A stretch of 56,591 bases of DNA, taken from assembly GCA_030537295.1 (NCBI GenBank), contig JAUNNU010000002.1, forward strand, positions 1 through 56,591, in the 5' to 3' direction. Under the pieces are notes generated by a model that saw only the letters and a list, made by a program, of their open reading frames with translations, ran no database searches and had not been told where the DNA came from. The DNA is from Bacteroidia bacterium (GTDB lineage: Bacteria; Bacteroidota; Bacteroidia; Bacteroidales; F082). The position numbers and the translations under genes are program-made. Shown here in pieces: positions 25,671 through 38,617 of this stretch. Positions within the stretch are counted from its first letter, which is position 1. Every line of letters starts with the position of its first letter.

Positions 25671-25914
25671 TGTTCTCAAGGTTTTTTACCCAAGCAGCGG
25701 CGTCGTTCTTTGCTGTCGCCTCATCGACATCATATTTTTCGAGGAGGAGATTTGCCGCATCTTCAATCGTGAAGTCTTTGTTTAACAATGAGTTCCACAA
25801 ATAAAGAGCGGTCTCGTTGAACGCCACGACTCGTGTCATCATATTTTTGTCGTGAAGCATGGCGATCTGTTCGCCAGCCACATTGCGGATTTTTATTTTT
25901 TCGTTTATTTTCAT
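25654..25914 (-). CDS. PqqD-family protein (RiPP recognition element-like)
   Basis: 86 aa. Has ...VVAFNETALYLWNSL....FTIEDAANLLLEKYDVDEATAKNDAAAWVKNLENNGLL, the typical PqqD / RRE layout. Confidence 0.7.
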   Translation of the reverse strand: MKINEKIKIRNVAGEQIAMLHDKNMMTRVVAFNETALYLWNSLLNKDFTIEDAANLLLEKYDVDEATAKNDAAAWVKNLENNGLLI

Positions 25915-25937
25915 TTTGAAAAAAAAGTTTTAAGCCG

Positions 25938-25945
25938 CAAAAATA
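25938..25945 (-). promoter_or_regulatory. -7 box TATTTTTG (minus strand) upstream of the PqqD-like operon
   Basis: The plus strand reads caaaaata, about 24 nt upstream of the ATG at 25914. Confidence 0.45.
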
Positions 25946-25975
25946 CGAAATAATATTGAATTTCGAGTATTTAAA

Positions 25976-27487
25976 TCAAAGATTCTTTTCCAATATGATT
26001 CTGAACGTCGTGCCTTGGCCGATGGTGCTGTTTTTCACGAAGATTTTTCCTTTGTGATAGTCTTCGACGATACGTTTCGCGAGCGAGAGTCCGAGTCCCC
26101 AGCCTCGTTTCTTGGATGTGTAACCGGGCTTGAAGACTTGCGTGAACATCGAGCGCGGCATTCCTTTTCCGGTGTCGGTGACATCGATGAAGATGTTGTT
26201 GTCGTCTTCGGTCATCTCTACGGTGAGGCTGCCGTGGTCGGTCATGGCGTCGATGGCGTTTTTCGTGAGGTTTTCTAAAACCCATCCGAACAGGGCGGCG
26301 TTGAGAGGCACGACGATCTCGCGTGCAGGGAGTTGAATCTGGAAATCGAATTTCGATGAGAACCGTTTTTGCAGATAACGCATGGTCTTGCGTGTGACAT
26401 CGACCACGTCGCTCGGCTCCAAGGTCGGGATGGAACCTATCTTGGAGAAACGTTCCGTTATCGTCTTCAGCCGCTCGATGTCGCTTTCCATGTCAGACGT
26501 CCCGATGAACGGTTTCTCTTCGAGTTTCAGAAGCTCGACCCAGCCCATGAGCGAGCTGAGCGGCGTCCCGATCTGATGCGCCGTCTCCTTCGCCATTCCA
26601 GCCCACACCTGATTCTGCTCCGAACGCCGGGCGTAACTGAAGAGCAGATATGCTATCACAAAGAAGAAAGCGAAGATAAGTATCTGAATCACAGGGAAAT
26701 AACGCATCTGCTGGAGGAGGTCGGAACCTCTGTAGTAAATGTAAACTTTGTTTCCGTCGAGGTAGTTCACCTTGATGGGGAAATGGTCTTCCTGCATTAT
26801 TTCGAGCTGTCTGGCGACGTATTCCTTGTCCTGCATCTTCACGCTGTCGAGTTTCCCGTAAGCCAGGACTTTGTTGTCAACGCTGTCAACGATGATGACC
26901 GGCGCGCCCACGGCGTTGTCGGTGACATCGGCGACGAAGACCTGGAACATCCCGTCGAGGACGCTTTTCAGCTCGGTGTAGATGAGCGACTCGTTGTAGA
27001 AAAGCCACGACGTCTTGCCGTAAAGGTCGATTTTTATAGGCGAATAGACGTTGAACTCCGCGACCATCTCGTCGTCGAAGTATTTCTTGCCCCTGAACTT
27101 CTCCGGGAGATTGATGGAGTTGCGTATCTTCCCGTTGTCGTCGGCGATGACGACCGGAATACTGATGTTGCTCCTGATGATTTCAAGGTAAATGGATGTG
27201 TTTTCGTCAGGACCCGCCTCAAGGAAACTCTTGTACGCAAGTGCAAGAAGCTCAACGCGTTTCTGCTCCTGGTCGCTAACCTCGTCGAAAAACGTCTCCG
27301 TATATTTCATCAGCTCCACGTGACTCTGCACCGCCTCCGCCCACATCTCAATCTGCTTGGTCTCCTGCGCCGCAAACCTTTTTACCAAAATATTTGTGTA
27401 ATATATTGAAGCACAAACGATTATCAACGCCAAGACAGCCAATGCTATCTTCCATCTTTTCTTATGTGTATAAAAATTTGCTTTCAT
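25976..27487 (-). CDS. Sensor histidine kinase (two TM, HisKA plus HATPase_c)
   Basis: 503 aa. Has the H-box ETAHQIGTPLSSL, the N-box LENLTKNAIDA and G-boxes DTGKGM / GWGLGL. No response regulator is in the window. Confidence 0.85.
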   Translation of the reverse strand: MKANFYTHKKRWKIALAVLALIIVCASIYYTNILVKRFAAQETKQIEMWAEAVQSHVELMKYTETFFDEVSDQEQKRVELLALAYKSFLEAGPDENTSIYLEIIRSNISIPVVIADDNGKIRNSINLPEKFRGKKYFDDEMVAEFNVYSPIKIDLYGKTSWLFYNESLIYTELKSVLDGMFQVFVADVTDNAVGAPVIIVDSVDNKVLAYGKLDSVKMQDKEYVARQLEIMQEDHFPIKVNYLDGNKVYIYYRGSDLLQQMRYFPVIQILIFAFFFVIAYLLFSYARRSEQNQVWAGMAKETAHQIGTPLSSLMGWVELLKLEEKPFIGTSDMESDIERLKTITERFSKIGSIPTLEPSDVVDVTRKTMRYLQKRFSSKFDFQIQLPAREIVVPLNAALFGWVLENLTKNAIDAMTDHGSLTVEMTEDDNNIFIDVTDTGKGMPRSMFTQVFKPGYTSKKRGWGLGLSLAKRIVEDYHKGKIFVKNSTIGQGTTFRIILEKNL

Positions 27488-27670
27488 ATTATTTTGAAAG
27501 TCGCAAAATTAGTATTTTTATGCAAACAATGTTCAGTTCAATTGAAAAATGTTGTACTTTTGTGCGTTTTTTTGAAACGTGGAAAAACTCGAATTATTAC
27601 AATTCGGAATTTAAATTATTTAAAACAAAACAGTGAAGCGGTGAGACGTTTCATTAAGAAATAGCATAAG

Positions 27671-30805
<3,135 letters not shown>

Positions 30806-30865
30806 TAGGACTTTGAGGAGTTTAAGGAATTTGAGGAGTTTGAGGGAGTTAGGAGTTTTGGGGAG
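30806..30865. repeat. Word repeat in the TTGAGGAG orientation (reverse complement of the CTCCTCAA type)
   Basis: taggactttgaggagtttaaggaatttgaggagtttgagggagttaggagttttggggag. Confidence 0.65.
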
Positions 30866-31122
30866 ATGACATTGAGGATGGCAACGGCGACGGCTTGCGA
30901 GATTTTAAATTGTTCTTCGGCCTTTAAAAAGCTGACATTCAATGCAATGCTGAAAAGCAGATTTTTATTCGGTTCGCTTTCCCAGCGGTTCTCGCCCATC
31001 CCCTTCCCCGCTGTCTGATGACCGGCGACGATGACAGTACCGGCAACGTCACATCCATCCGACATCATGTCACGCAAAATCGTATTCGTAGAAGAGACTT
31101 CTTCAAAATGAAAAATTTTCAT
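30865..31122 (-). pseudogene. birA: N-terminal fragment of biotin--protein ligase (BirA catalytic domain), truncated at the word repeat
   Basis: Begins MKIFHFEEVSSTNTILRD and has GHQTAGKGMGENRWESEPNKNLLFSI (the GRGRxGRxW-type motif). Recognisable sequence stops near 30865. The ORF then reads through the repeat and antisense to leuS. Confidence 0.5.
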
Positions 31123-31246
31123 GTTCTCCAAACCAAAATTTTCTCCCATAGCCCTTGAATTTCTTCCAAATAAAAATAATTTCAAACGAGAAAACAAAAG
31201 TAGTATTTTTTTCTTTTATAATTCTGAAAAATAAAAATATATTAAG

Positions 31247-31254
31247 TATCTTTG
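31247..31254 (+). promoter_or_regulatory. -7 box TATCTTTG upstream of rsfS
   Basis: aagtatctttgcaaaa, 24 nt before the ATG at 31278. Confidence 0.5.
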
Positions 31255-31277
31255 CAAAAAATTTTTTGATAGCAAAA

Positions 31278-31649
31278 ATGAGAGTAAGACACGAAACAGA
31301 CAATACGGAAGAAGTGCTTTCGACCGTCGTGGAAACGATGCTTGAGAGCAAGGCAAAAGAAGTCACCACATTGGATATGAGAGAGATACATACGGCGGTG
31401 ACTGATTATTTTGTAATCTGCCATGCGCAGTCTAAAACACAAGTCAACGCAATCGCCGAGAAAATCATTGACAATGTCCGCAACACATTGCGCGTTCACA
31501 CATATCACGAAGAGGGTTTTGAGAACTCGGAATGGATTCTGTTAGACTACATTGACGTGGTGGTGCATGTGTTTCTCGAGCCGAAACGCAGTTTCTACCG
31601 GCTCGAAGAGTTGTGGGCAGATGCGGAAAAGAAAGTTTACGAAGATTAG
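31278..31649 (+). CDS. rsfS: Ribosomal silencing factor RsfS (iojap family)
   Basis: Has DYFVICHAQSKTQVNAIAE and WILLDYIDVVVHVF signatures. An internal ATG at 31278 is chosen over the AT-rich upstream extension. Confidence 0.85.
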   Translation: MRVRHETDNTEEVLSTVVETMLESKAKEVTTLDMREIHTAVTDYFVICHAQSKTQVNAIAEKIIDNVRNTLRVHTYHEEGFENSEWILLDYIDVVVHVFLEPKRSFYRLEELWADAEKKVYED

Positions 31650-31663
31650 TTAAGAGTGTTTTA

Positions 31664-33652
31664 ATGGAAGAGAACAACAACAATTTCCAGAATATGGGCG
31701 GCGGCAACAAGCAGCCGAAAAAGAAGATAGGATTCTATTGGATTTACATCATACTCATTGCGTTTTTCCTCGGTTCGCTCTTTTTCAAAGGGGTGAATCC
31801 TGCAAAAGATCTGACAATGACGGAGCTGATGACGTTGCTTCGTGACCAGGATGTCGAAAAAATCGAGTTGGTGAACAAAAGCGTCGCGGAGATTTATCTC
31901 AACGAGCAAGGTTTGAAGAAACACTTCCCTGACGAGAGGAGGTCGAACTTCGGGGAGACACCGAATTACACCATGAAAGTTTCGGAAGACCGTCTGTATC
32001 AGAAGGTTGACGAAGCGCAGGAAGGTCTGAGCGACCCTGTCGAAATCATTCCTATTGAAAGGCACAACTGGGGTGCCGAGGTGCTTTCATGGATTTTGCC
32101 ATTGGTTATCATACTGTTATTCTGGATTTTCATCATGCGCAGGATGAACGGCGGTGCCGGCGGCGGACAGATTTTCAGCATCGGGCAGTCGAAGGCGAAG
32201 CTTTACGATCAGGAGAAAGACCAGAAGACGACCTTCAAAGACGTCGCCGGACTTGAAGAGGCGAAGGAGGAGGTCATGGAGATTGTGGATTTCCTTAAGA
32301 ACCCGAAACGTTACACGCGCCTCGGCGGAAAGATTCCCAAAGGCGTGCTTCTCGTCGGCCCTCCCGGAACAGGTAAGACGTTGTTAGCCAAGTCGGTGGC
32401 GGGCGAGGCGGGCGTTCCGTTCTTCAGCATCTCAGGCTCCGACTTCGTGGAGATGTTCGTGGGCGTGGGAGCTTCGAGGGTGCGCGACCTATTCAAGCAG
32501 GCGAAAGAGAAATCGCCTTGTATAATATTCATCGATGAGATTGATGCCATCGGACGCGCCCGCGGCAAGAACATCATGAGCGGAGGCAACGATGAACGCG
32601 AAAGCACTCTCAACCAATTACTTACCGAGATGGACGGCTTCGGCACCAACTCCGGAGTGATTGTGCTGGCCGCCACAAACCGCGCCGACATCCTCGACAA
32701 AGCCTTGATGCGCGCCGGACGTTTCGACCGCCAGATCTACGTCGAACTCCCCGACCTTAACGGAAGAAAAGAGATTTTCGAGGTTCACATGCGCGGACTG
32801 AAACTCGCCGAAGATGTCAGCAAGGAGTTTCTGGCGAAACAGACGCCTGGCTTCTCCGGCGCCGACATCGCCAACGTGTGCAACGAAGCAGCACTCATCG
32901 CCGCACGTCACGACAAGGAAAACATTGAGAAACAAGACTTCCTCGACGCCATCGACCGTATCGTCGGCGGACTCGAAAAGAAAAACAAAGTCATCACTTC
33001 TTCGGAAAAGAAAGTCATCGCCTTCCACGAAGCCGGCCACGCCACGACAAGCTGGATGCTTGAGTTCGCACACCCGCTCGTGAAAGTCACCATAGTGCCA
33101 AGAGGCAAAGCCTTAGGCGCAGCGTGGTATCTCCCCGACGAAAGACAAATCACCACAAAAGAACAGATGTATCACGAGATGATCGCCACCCTTGGAGGCC
33201 GCGCCGCAGAACAAATCATCTTCGGACATATATCCACAGGCGCGTTGAACGACCTCGAAAAAGTGTCGAAACAAGCCTTCGCAATGGTGACATATTACGG
33301 TCTCAACGAGAAAATCGGCAACGTAAGTTATTACGACTCAACAGGTCAGAGCGACTACGCCTTCACAAAGCCTTTCAGCGAAAAGACCGCCGAAATCATC
33401 GACCAGGAAGTGAGCAAACTCATCGAAAGCGCATATCAGGAGGCGATACGCATCCTCAACGAGCATAAAACCGGCCTCACGCAACTCGCCGAAAAACTCA
33501 TCGACAGGGAGGTAATCTTCGCCGATGACCTTGAGACAATTTTCGGCAAACGCCCTTGGACACCGGAAGAAAGAGATTTCTCCAAATCATCTGACAGAAA
33601 AGATGAATCGGAAATAAAAGTTGAAGAATCGGATAACACATCAATAGCTTAA
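31664..33652 (+). CDS. ftsH: ATP-dependent zinc metalloprotease FtsH
   Basis: Has Walker A GPPGTGKT, the SRH region and the HEAGH zinc motif. The start is taken at MEENNNN. Confidence 0.95.
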   Translation: MEENNNNFQNMGGGNKQPKKKIGFYWIYIILIAFFLGSLFFKGVNPAKDLTMTELMTLLRDQDVEKIELVNKSVAEIYLNEQGLKKHFPDERRSNFGETPNYTMKVSEDRLYQKVDEAQEGLSDPVEIIPIERHNWGAEVLSWILPLVIILLFWIFIMRRMNGGAGGGQIFSIGQSKAKLYDQEKDQKTTFKDVAGLEEAKEEVMEIVDFLKNPKRYTRLGGKIPKGVLLVGPPGTGKTLLAKSVAGEAGVPFFSISGSDFVEMFVGVGASRVRDLFKQAKEKSPCIIFIDEIDAIGRARGKNIMSGGNDERESTLNQLLTEMDGFGTNSGVIVLAATNRADILDKALMRAGRFDRQIYVELPDLNGRKEIFEVHMRGLKLAEDVSKEFLAKQTPGFSGADIANVCNEAALIAARHDKENIEKQDFLDAIDRIVGGLEKKNKVITSSEKKVIAFHEAGHATTSWMLEFAHPLVKVTIVPRGKALGAAWYLPDERQITTKEQMYHEMIATLGGRAAEQIIFGHISTGALNDLEKVSKQAFAMVTYYGLNEKIGNVSYYDSTGQSDYAFTKPFSEKTAEIIDQEVSKLIESAYQEAIRILNEHKTGLTQLAEKLIDREVIFADDLETIFGKRPWTPEERDFSKSSDRKDESEIKVEESDNTSIA

Positions 33653-33654
33653 TC

Positions 33655-34338
33655 ATGAAGAAGTTCTCGTTTTCTGGCCTGAATGAACGCACCAACAAAG
33701 AGCAGATTCTCGCAAAAGTGCGCAACGCTGTCATCTCAAAAGACGAGAACATCTTCTCCGATGTCAACCTCCAGAATGACACGTGGAAACCTTTTACAGA
33801 AGAAGACGGCAGCGAGTTCACTTTCATCGAGAGGTTCAAAAACAACGACGGAATTTTCATGTATTTTGAGAATGACAGGAATTTCATTGATGCTCTCAAA
33901 CAATATATCACTGAAAATCAATGGAATCCGTTATTCTGCACAAGTCCTGACATAAAGGCTTTTCTTGAGGCAAACGAAGCCGGAATTGAGTTGTGCGATG
34001 ACTTTTCAACGGAATGCAAAAAAGTGACTTGCATAACCGACTGCGAATGCCTTGTGGCGCAGACTGGAAGCATCGTAATAAGCGACAGGTGCGCCGGTTC
34101 AAAGGATGCGTTTTCGAAAGCCGACACGCTCTTGGTCTTCGCAAAACCAAACCAGCTCGTTGACGGGATGAAAGATGCCATCAATTATTTGAAAGGGAAA
34201 TATCAGGACGACATGCCTGCGGAAACAGTGTTCATCAACGGGCCAAGCAGAAGCATTGAATTTGACAATCAATTAGTTATCGGCGCGCAAGGCATCAGGC
34301 AGATTGCGTTGTTCTTCGTTGACAACGAAATAATTTGA
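33655..34338 (+). CDS. LUD-domain protein (LutC / YkgG-like)
   Basis: 227 aa. The C-terminal pattern is AQTGSIVIS...LLVFAKPNQLV...NGPSRSIEFDNQLVIGAQG. Confidence 0.65.
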   Translation: MKKFSFSGLNERTNKEQILAKVRNAVISKDENIFSDVNLQNDTWKPFTEEDGSEFTFIERFKNNDGIFMYFENDRNFIDALKQYITENQWNPLFCTSPDIKAFLEANEAGIELCDDFSTECKKVTCITDCECLVAQTGSIVISDRCAGSKDAFSKADTLLVFAKPNQLVDGMKDAINYLKGKYQDDMPAETVFINGPSRSIEFDNQLVIGAQGIRQIALFFVDNEII

Positions 34339-34343
34339 TGAAG

Positions 34344-35651
34344 TCAATCTTTCAAGCAGCCAATCGGGACGACAAACACGCCATCGGGACGACGAAAAGC
34401 ATACTGTCCGGTGGCGGTCAGAACCATGAGGAATGATGGTTTGTTCATTTTATCAGTGTCGATTTTACTTTCAAGTTGTTTTAATGTTTTCACACCTTCT
34501 TCAATCAGTCTTTCTCCACCTAACTTTATCTCTATCAATGCATAACGACCACCACGAAGACTAACGACAGCATCGCACTCGAGGTTGTTTTTATCTCTGT
34601 AATGATAGACGTTGCCCGACAAAGCGTCGGCATAGACACGAAGATCGCGCACCGCCATCGTCTCAAAGAGAAGCCCCATGGTTTTCAAGTCATTGATTAA
34701 ACTGTCAGGTCCGAGTTCGAGAGCCGCAGCCGCGATGGAAGGGTCAACGAAATAACGGGTGTCACTCGACCTGATGGCGGTCTTTGAACGCAGGTTTGGG
34801 TTCCATGCCTTCATATCCTCTATCACGAATATTTTTTTCAGTGCCTCAACATAATCAGCCACCGATGCAGATGAGAGCTTTTCGATTTCGTTAGTCGAAA
34901 TGTCGTCGGCAATGGTGTTGAACGGAGCTTGCGAGCCTTGGTTTCTTGCATACGAGCGCATTAGCCGACGTGCACGTTGTTCGTCACGCGACACGCCGTC
35001 AACTCGCGAAATATCTCTTCTCACAACGGCTTCAAAATAGTTGGTCGCAATGGTTAGCGACGGCATTTTTTTCAAATTGATGGAGCCAGGCCATCCGCCG
35101 CGGCAGATGAGATATGCGATGTCTTCCAATTTCCTGTCATTTTGGCCAAAGATGTCGTTATCGCCTTCAAAAAGCGACCTCAAACTGACTTCACCCGTCG
35201 ATTCTTCCGATTCCCAAAGACTCATGGGGCGCATCAGAAGCCACGAAAAACGCCCTGTTCCAGTGTGGATGATTTTGTTGATGTCGGCTGGCACCGCACT
35301 TCCAGTAAATATGAACTGTCCCATCTCATGCCGATGGTCAACCTCGAAACGTGCTGTGTCCCAAAGTTTTGGAGCAAGTTCCCATTCGTCAATCAGCCTT
35401 GGTGTTTTACCTTCTAAAATGGCTTTCGGGCGTGTCTCGGCAAGCATGAGGTTCTGCTCGATGTTCTCGGGATCGTCCAAATACAGCACACTTCCAGCTT
35501 TTTGCTCTGCCGTCGTTGTCTTTCCGCACCATTTAGGGCCTTCAACAAGCACCGCTCCTGCACTCTCCAACTGCAAGTCGAGAAGGTCGTCAGCTATCCT
35601 TTTTCTGTACTTAAAATTGCTCATATTTTTAAGATTTTTTTCAGACTGCAA
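34344..35651 (-). CDS. AAA-type ATPase with a DUF4143-like C-terminal domain
   Basis: Has P-loop GPKWCGKTT and a C-terminal LECDAVVSL...YALIEIK (nuclease-fold-like) segment typical of this widespread family. Confidence 0.8.
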   Translation of the reverse strand: MQSEKNLKNMSNFKYRKRIADDLLDLQLESAGAVLVEGPKWCGKTTTAEQKAGSVLYLDDPENIEQNLMLAETRPKAILEGKTPRLIDEWELAPKLWDTARFEVDHRHEMGQFIFTGSAVPADINKIIHTGTGRFSWLLMRPMSLWESEESTGEVSLRSLFEGDNDIFGQNDRKLEDIAYLICRGGWPGSINLKKMPSLTIATNYFEAVVRRDISRVDGVSRDEQRARRLMRSYARNQGSQAPFNTIADDISTNEIEKLSSASVADYVEALKKIFVIEDMKAWNPNLRSKTAIRSSDTRYFVDPSIAAAALELGPDSLINDLKTMGLLFETMAVRDLRVYADALSGNVYHYRDKNNLECDAVVSLRGGRYALIEIKLGGERLIEEGVKTLKQLESKIDTDKMNKPSFLMVLTATGQYAFRRPDGVFVVPIGCLKD

Positions 35652-35742
35652 AAATAATACAAATATTTGAAACTCAAATAAATATTTTTTTACTTCTCCA
35701 TTTGGCTGAAATCATATATAAAATCACGTGTTAATTAAAAAT

Positions 35743-35784
35743 GGGCTGAACTTTTTAATTCATTGAATTCAAAAAGTCCAGCCC
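35743..35784 (-). terminator. Hairpin downstream of valS
   Basis: gggctgaacttttt / aaaaagtccagccc, a 14-bp stem with one mismatch and T-rich flanks. Confidence 0.55.
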
Positions 35785-35805
35785 ATTTTCTTTTGACAGA
35801 TTTCC

Positions 35806-38433
35806 TTATTTCCTCAACGCCGCCATCTGCTGCTCGATGACCGCAATCTTGGCTTCAGCATCGGCTTTTTTCTTGCGTTCCTTCTCAACGACAGCCGCCG
35901 GTGCGCCGTTCACGAACTTCTCGTTCGAGAGTTTTCCTTCAACCGACTTCAAGAAACCTTGAGTGTATTTTAATTCTTCTTCGAGTTTCTTAAGTTCGGC
36001 TTCGGCATCAACGGAATCAGTCACCGGAATGAAATATTCCATCGAACGGACGAGGAATCCGAATGCGTCTTGTGGCTTTTCAGCAACGTAAGATATTGAT
36101 TTCACATTAGTTAGCTTCTCAATGATGCAGTCGAAATCCTTGCAGACATTGCCGTTGTCAACGACGACCAAGTCGATTGCCTCCTTGAATGGGATGTTCT
36201 TCTCCGCGCGAATCTTGCGTATGTTGTTGATGACGTCCATCGTGATTTCAAACTGCGCAAGAGTCTGACTGTCAACATCTTTCTGTTTCGGCTGCTGTGC
36301 GATGATGATGTCGTCGCCTTCTTTTCTATCATCGAGGAAATGGTAAATTTCTTCAGTGATGAACGGCATGAACGGATGCAGTTGCTTCATGAGATTCTCG
36401 AAGAAAGTCACTGTGGCTCTGTAAGTTACGCCATCAATCGGCTGACCCATCGGGGCTTTGACCATCTCGAGATACCACGAGCAGAAGTCGTCCCAAGTGA
36501 GTTTATAAATTCCCATCAAAGCATCGGAGAGACGATATTTGTCGAAATTGTCGTTCATCTCGGCAAGTACCTGGTTGAAACGAGCGTCGAACCATTTCAC
36601 CGCCATCTTCGCGGTTTCGGGTTGCGCGACGTTTTCATCGACGCTCCAGCCTTTCACGAGACGGAGGGCGTTCCAGATCTTGTTGCAGAAGTTACGTCCC
36701 TGCTCGCACAAAGCTGTGTCGAACGGGATGTCGTTTCCGGCCGGAGCAGTGAGAAGCATTCCCATACGCACGCCGTCGGCACCGAAAGTCTCGATGAGTT
36801 CAATCGGGTCGGGCGAGTTACCGAGCGACTTTGACATCTTACGGCCGAGCTTATCTCTCACAATACCAGTGAAATACACGTTACGGAACGGCACTTTTCC
36901 GGTATATTCCTCGCCTGCCATAATCATTCTGGCGACCCAGAAGAAGATGATGTCGGGAGCCGTGATGAGGTCGTTTGTCGAATAATAATATTTAAACTCA
37001 GGATTTTCAGGGTCGATAACGCCGTCAAAGAGCGACATCGGCCAAAGCCATGAGCTGAACCATGTGTCCAGGCAGTCGCTGTCCTGACGTAAATCATTGA
37101 GTGTCAGATTGTTGTTTCCGGTCTTTTCTTTTGCGAGGCGAAGTGCTTCTTCAGCGGTTTCGGCGACGACATAGCCGCCTTCAGGCAGATAATAAGCCGG
37201 AATCTGATGTCCCCACCAAAGCTGACGGCTGATACACCAGTCCTTGATGTTTTCGAGCCAGTGGCGGTAGAGGTTCACATATTTCGCAGGATAGAACTGA
37301 ATCTCGCCTTTCTCGACAGGTTCGAGGGCTATTTTTGCGAGATGCTCCATCTTAAGGAACCACTGCATTGACAGTTTCGGCTCGATAGGCACGTTGGTAC
37401 GTTCAGAATATCCCACCTTATTATTATAGTCTTCAACTTTCTCAAGTAGATTTGCTTCGGCGAGGTCTTTGACGATCTGCTTGCGGACATCCTCACGTGT
37501 CATCCCGACGTACATTCCGGCAGCCTCGCTGATAGTGGCGTCATCGTTGAAGATATTGATGCTCTGAAGGTTATGTTTCTCGCCGAGCATATAGTCGTTC
37601 ACGTCGTGCGCCGGAGTGACCTTCAGGCAGCCGGTGCCGAATTCGATGTCAACGTATTCGTCTTCGATGACCGGAATCACGCGGTTCACCAACGGCACGA
37701 TGACCTTCTTACCTTTAAGATGCTGGTTCTTAGGGTCGTTCGGGTTGATGCACATGGCGGTGTCGCCCATTATCGTTTCCGGACGCGTTGTCGCCACGAT
37801 TGCGCAGCCGTCTTCGCCTTCGATTTTATATCTCAGGTAGAAAAGCTTGCTGTGTTCGTCTTTATAGACGACTTCTTCGTCGCTCAAAGCTGTCAGTGCC
37901 TTCGGGTCCCAGTTGACCATGCGGACACCGCGGTAGATGAGACCTTTATTATATAAGTCGCAAAAGACGTGGATGACGCTCTTGCTGCGTGTCTCGTCCA
38001 TCGTGAACGAGGTGCGTTCCCAGTCGCACGACGCGCCGAGTTTGCGGAGCTGCTTCAGGATGATGCCGCCGTGTTCGTGAGTCCAGTCCCATGCGTGTTC
38101 GAGGAATTTCTCACGTCCGATGTCGGTTTTCTTGATGCCTTGTTGAGCTAACTTATTGACAACCTTGGCTTCCGTTGCTATCGAGGCGTGGTCGGTGCCG
38201 GGAACCCAGCACGCGTTCTTGCCCTGCATACGCGCACGGCGGACAAGAACATCTTGTATCGTGTTGTTCAACATGTGCCCCATGTGAAGCACGCCTGTCA
38301 CATTCGGAGGCGGGATCACGATGGTATAAGGTTCACGTTCATCGGGAGTTGAATGAAAATAATTCTTGTTCATCCAATGCTCGTACCATTTCTCTTCGGT
38401 AGTCTGCGGACTATATTTGCTTGATATTTCCAT
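35806..38433 (-). CDS. valS: Valine--tRNA ligase
   Basis: Has the HMGH and KMSKS motifs and a C-terminal coiled coil. The start is taken at MEISSKYSP. Confidence 0.95.
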   Translation of the reverse strand: MEISSKYSPQTTEEKWYEHWMNKNYFHSTPDEREPYTIVIPPPNVTGVLHMGHMLNNTIQDVLVRRARMQGKNACWVPGTDHASIATEAKVVNKLAQQGIKKTDIGREKFLEHAWDWTHEHGGIILKQLRKLGASCDWERTSFTMDETRSKSVIHVFCDLYNKGLIYRGVRMVNWDPKALTALSDEEVVYKDEHSKLFYLRYKIEGEDGCAIVATTRPETIMGDTAMCINPNDPKNQHLKGKKVIVPLVNRVIPVIEDEYVDIEFGTGCLKVTPAHDVNDYMLGEKHNLQSINIFNDDATISEAAGMYVGMTREDVRKQIVKDLAEANLLEKVEDYNNKVGYSERTNVPIEPKLSMQWFLKMEHLAKIALEPVEKGEIQFYPAKYVNLYRHWLENIKDWCISRQLWWGHQIPAYYLPEGGYVVAETAEEALRLAKEKTGNNNLTLNDLRQDSDCLDTWFSSWLWPMSLFDGVIDPENPEFKYYYSTNDLITAPDIIFFWVARMIMAGEEYTGKVPFRNVYFTGIVRDKLGRKMSKSLGNSPDPIELIETFGADGVRMGMLLTAPAGNDIPFDTALCEQGRNFCNKIWNALRLVKGWSVDENVAQPETAKMAVKWFDARFNQVLAEMNDNFDKYRLSDALMGIYKLTWDDFCSWYLEMVKAPMGQPIDGVTYRATVTFFENLMKQLHPFMPFITEEIYHFLDDRKEGDDIIIAQQPKQKDVDSQTLAQFEITMDVINNIRKIRAEKNIPFKEAIDLVVVDNGNVCKDFDCIIEKLTNVKSISYVAEKPQDAFGFLVRSMEYFIPVTDSVDAEAELKKLEEELKYTQGFLKSVEGKLSNEKFVNGAPAAVVEKERKKKADAEAKIAVIEQQMAALRK

Positions 38434-38617
38434 TTTTAGATATTTTTCAAAAACTTGCAAAAATACGAATTTTCCCGCTTTATCAAGATGAAAACATCAT
38501 TTTTTTAAATAAAATGAAGAATTTGTCCAATAAATCAATTTTTCGTTGGAGATGTCAAAAAATTAACTACTTTTGTGGCTAATTTTAAAATTAATGTATA
38601 ATTAAAAATTTTATCAA

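Noticed and set aside
26369-27409. 346-aa ORF antisense to the histidine kinase
   Set aside because: It is a shadow ORF. The opposite strand carries clear HisKA / HATPase motifs.
27555-27670. The leuS leader of about 100 nt as a riboswitch or T-box
   Set aside because: Only a short cgaatt / aattcg hairpin is visible. There are no specifier / T-box or other conserved riboswitch motifs.
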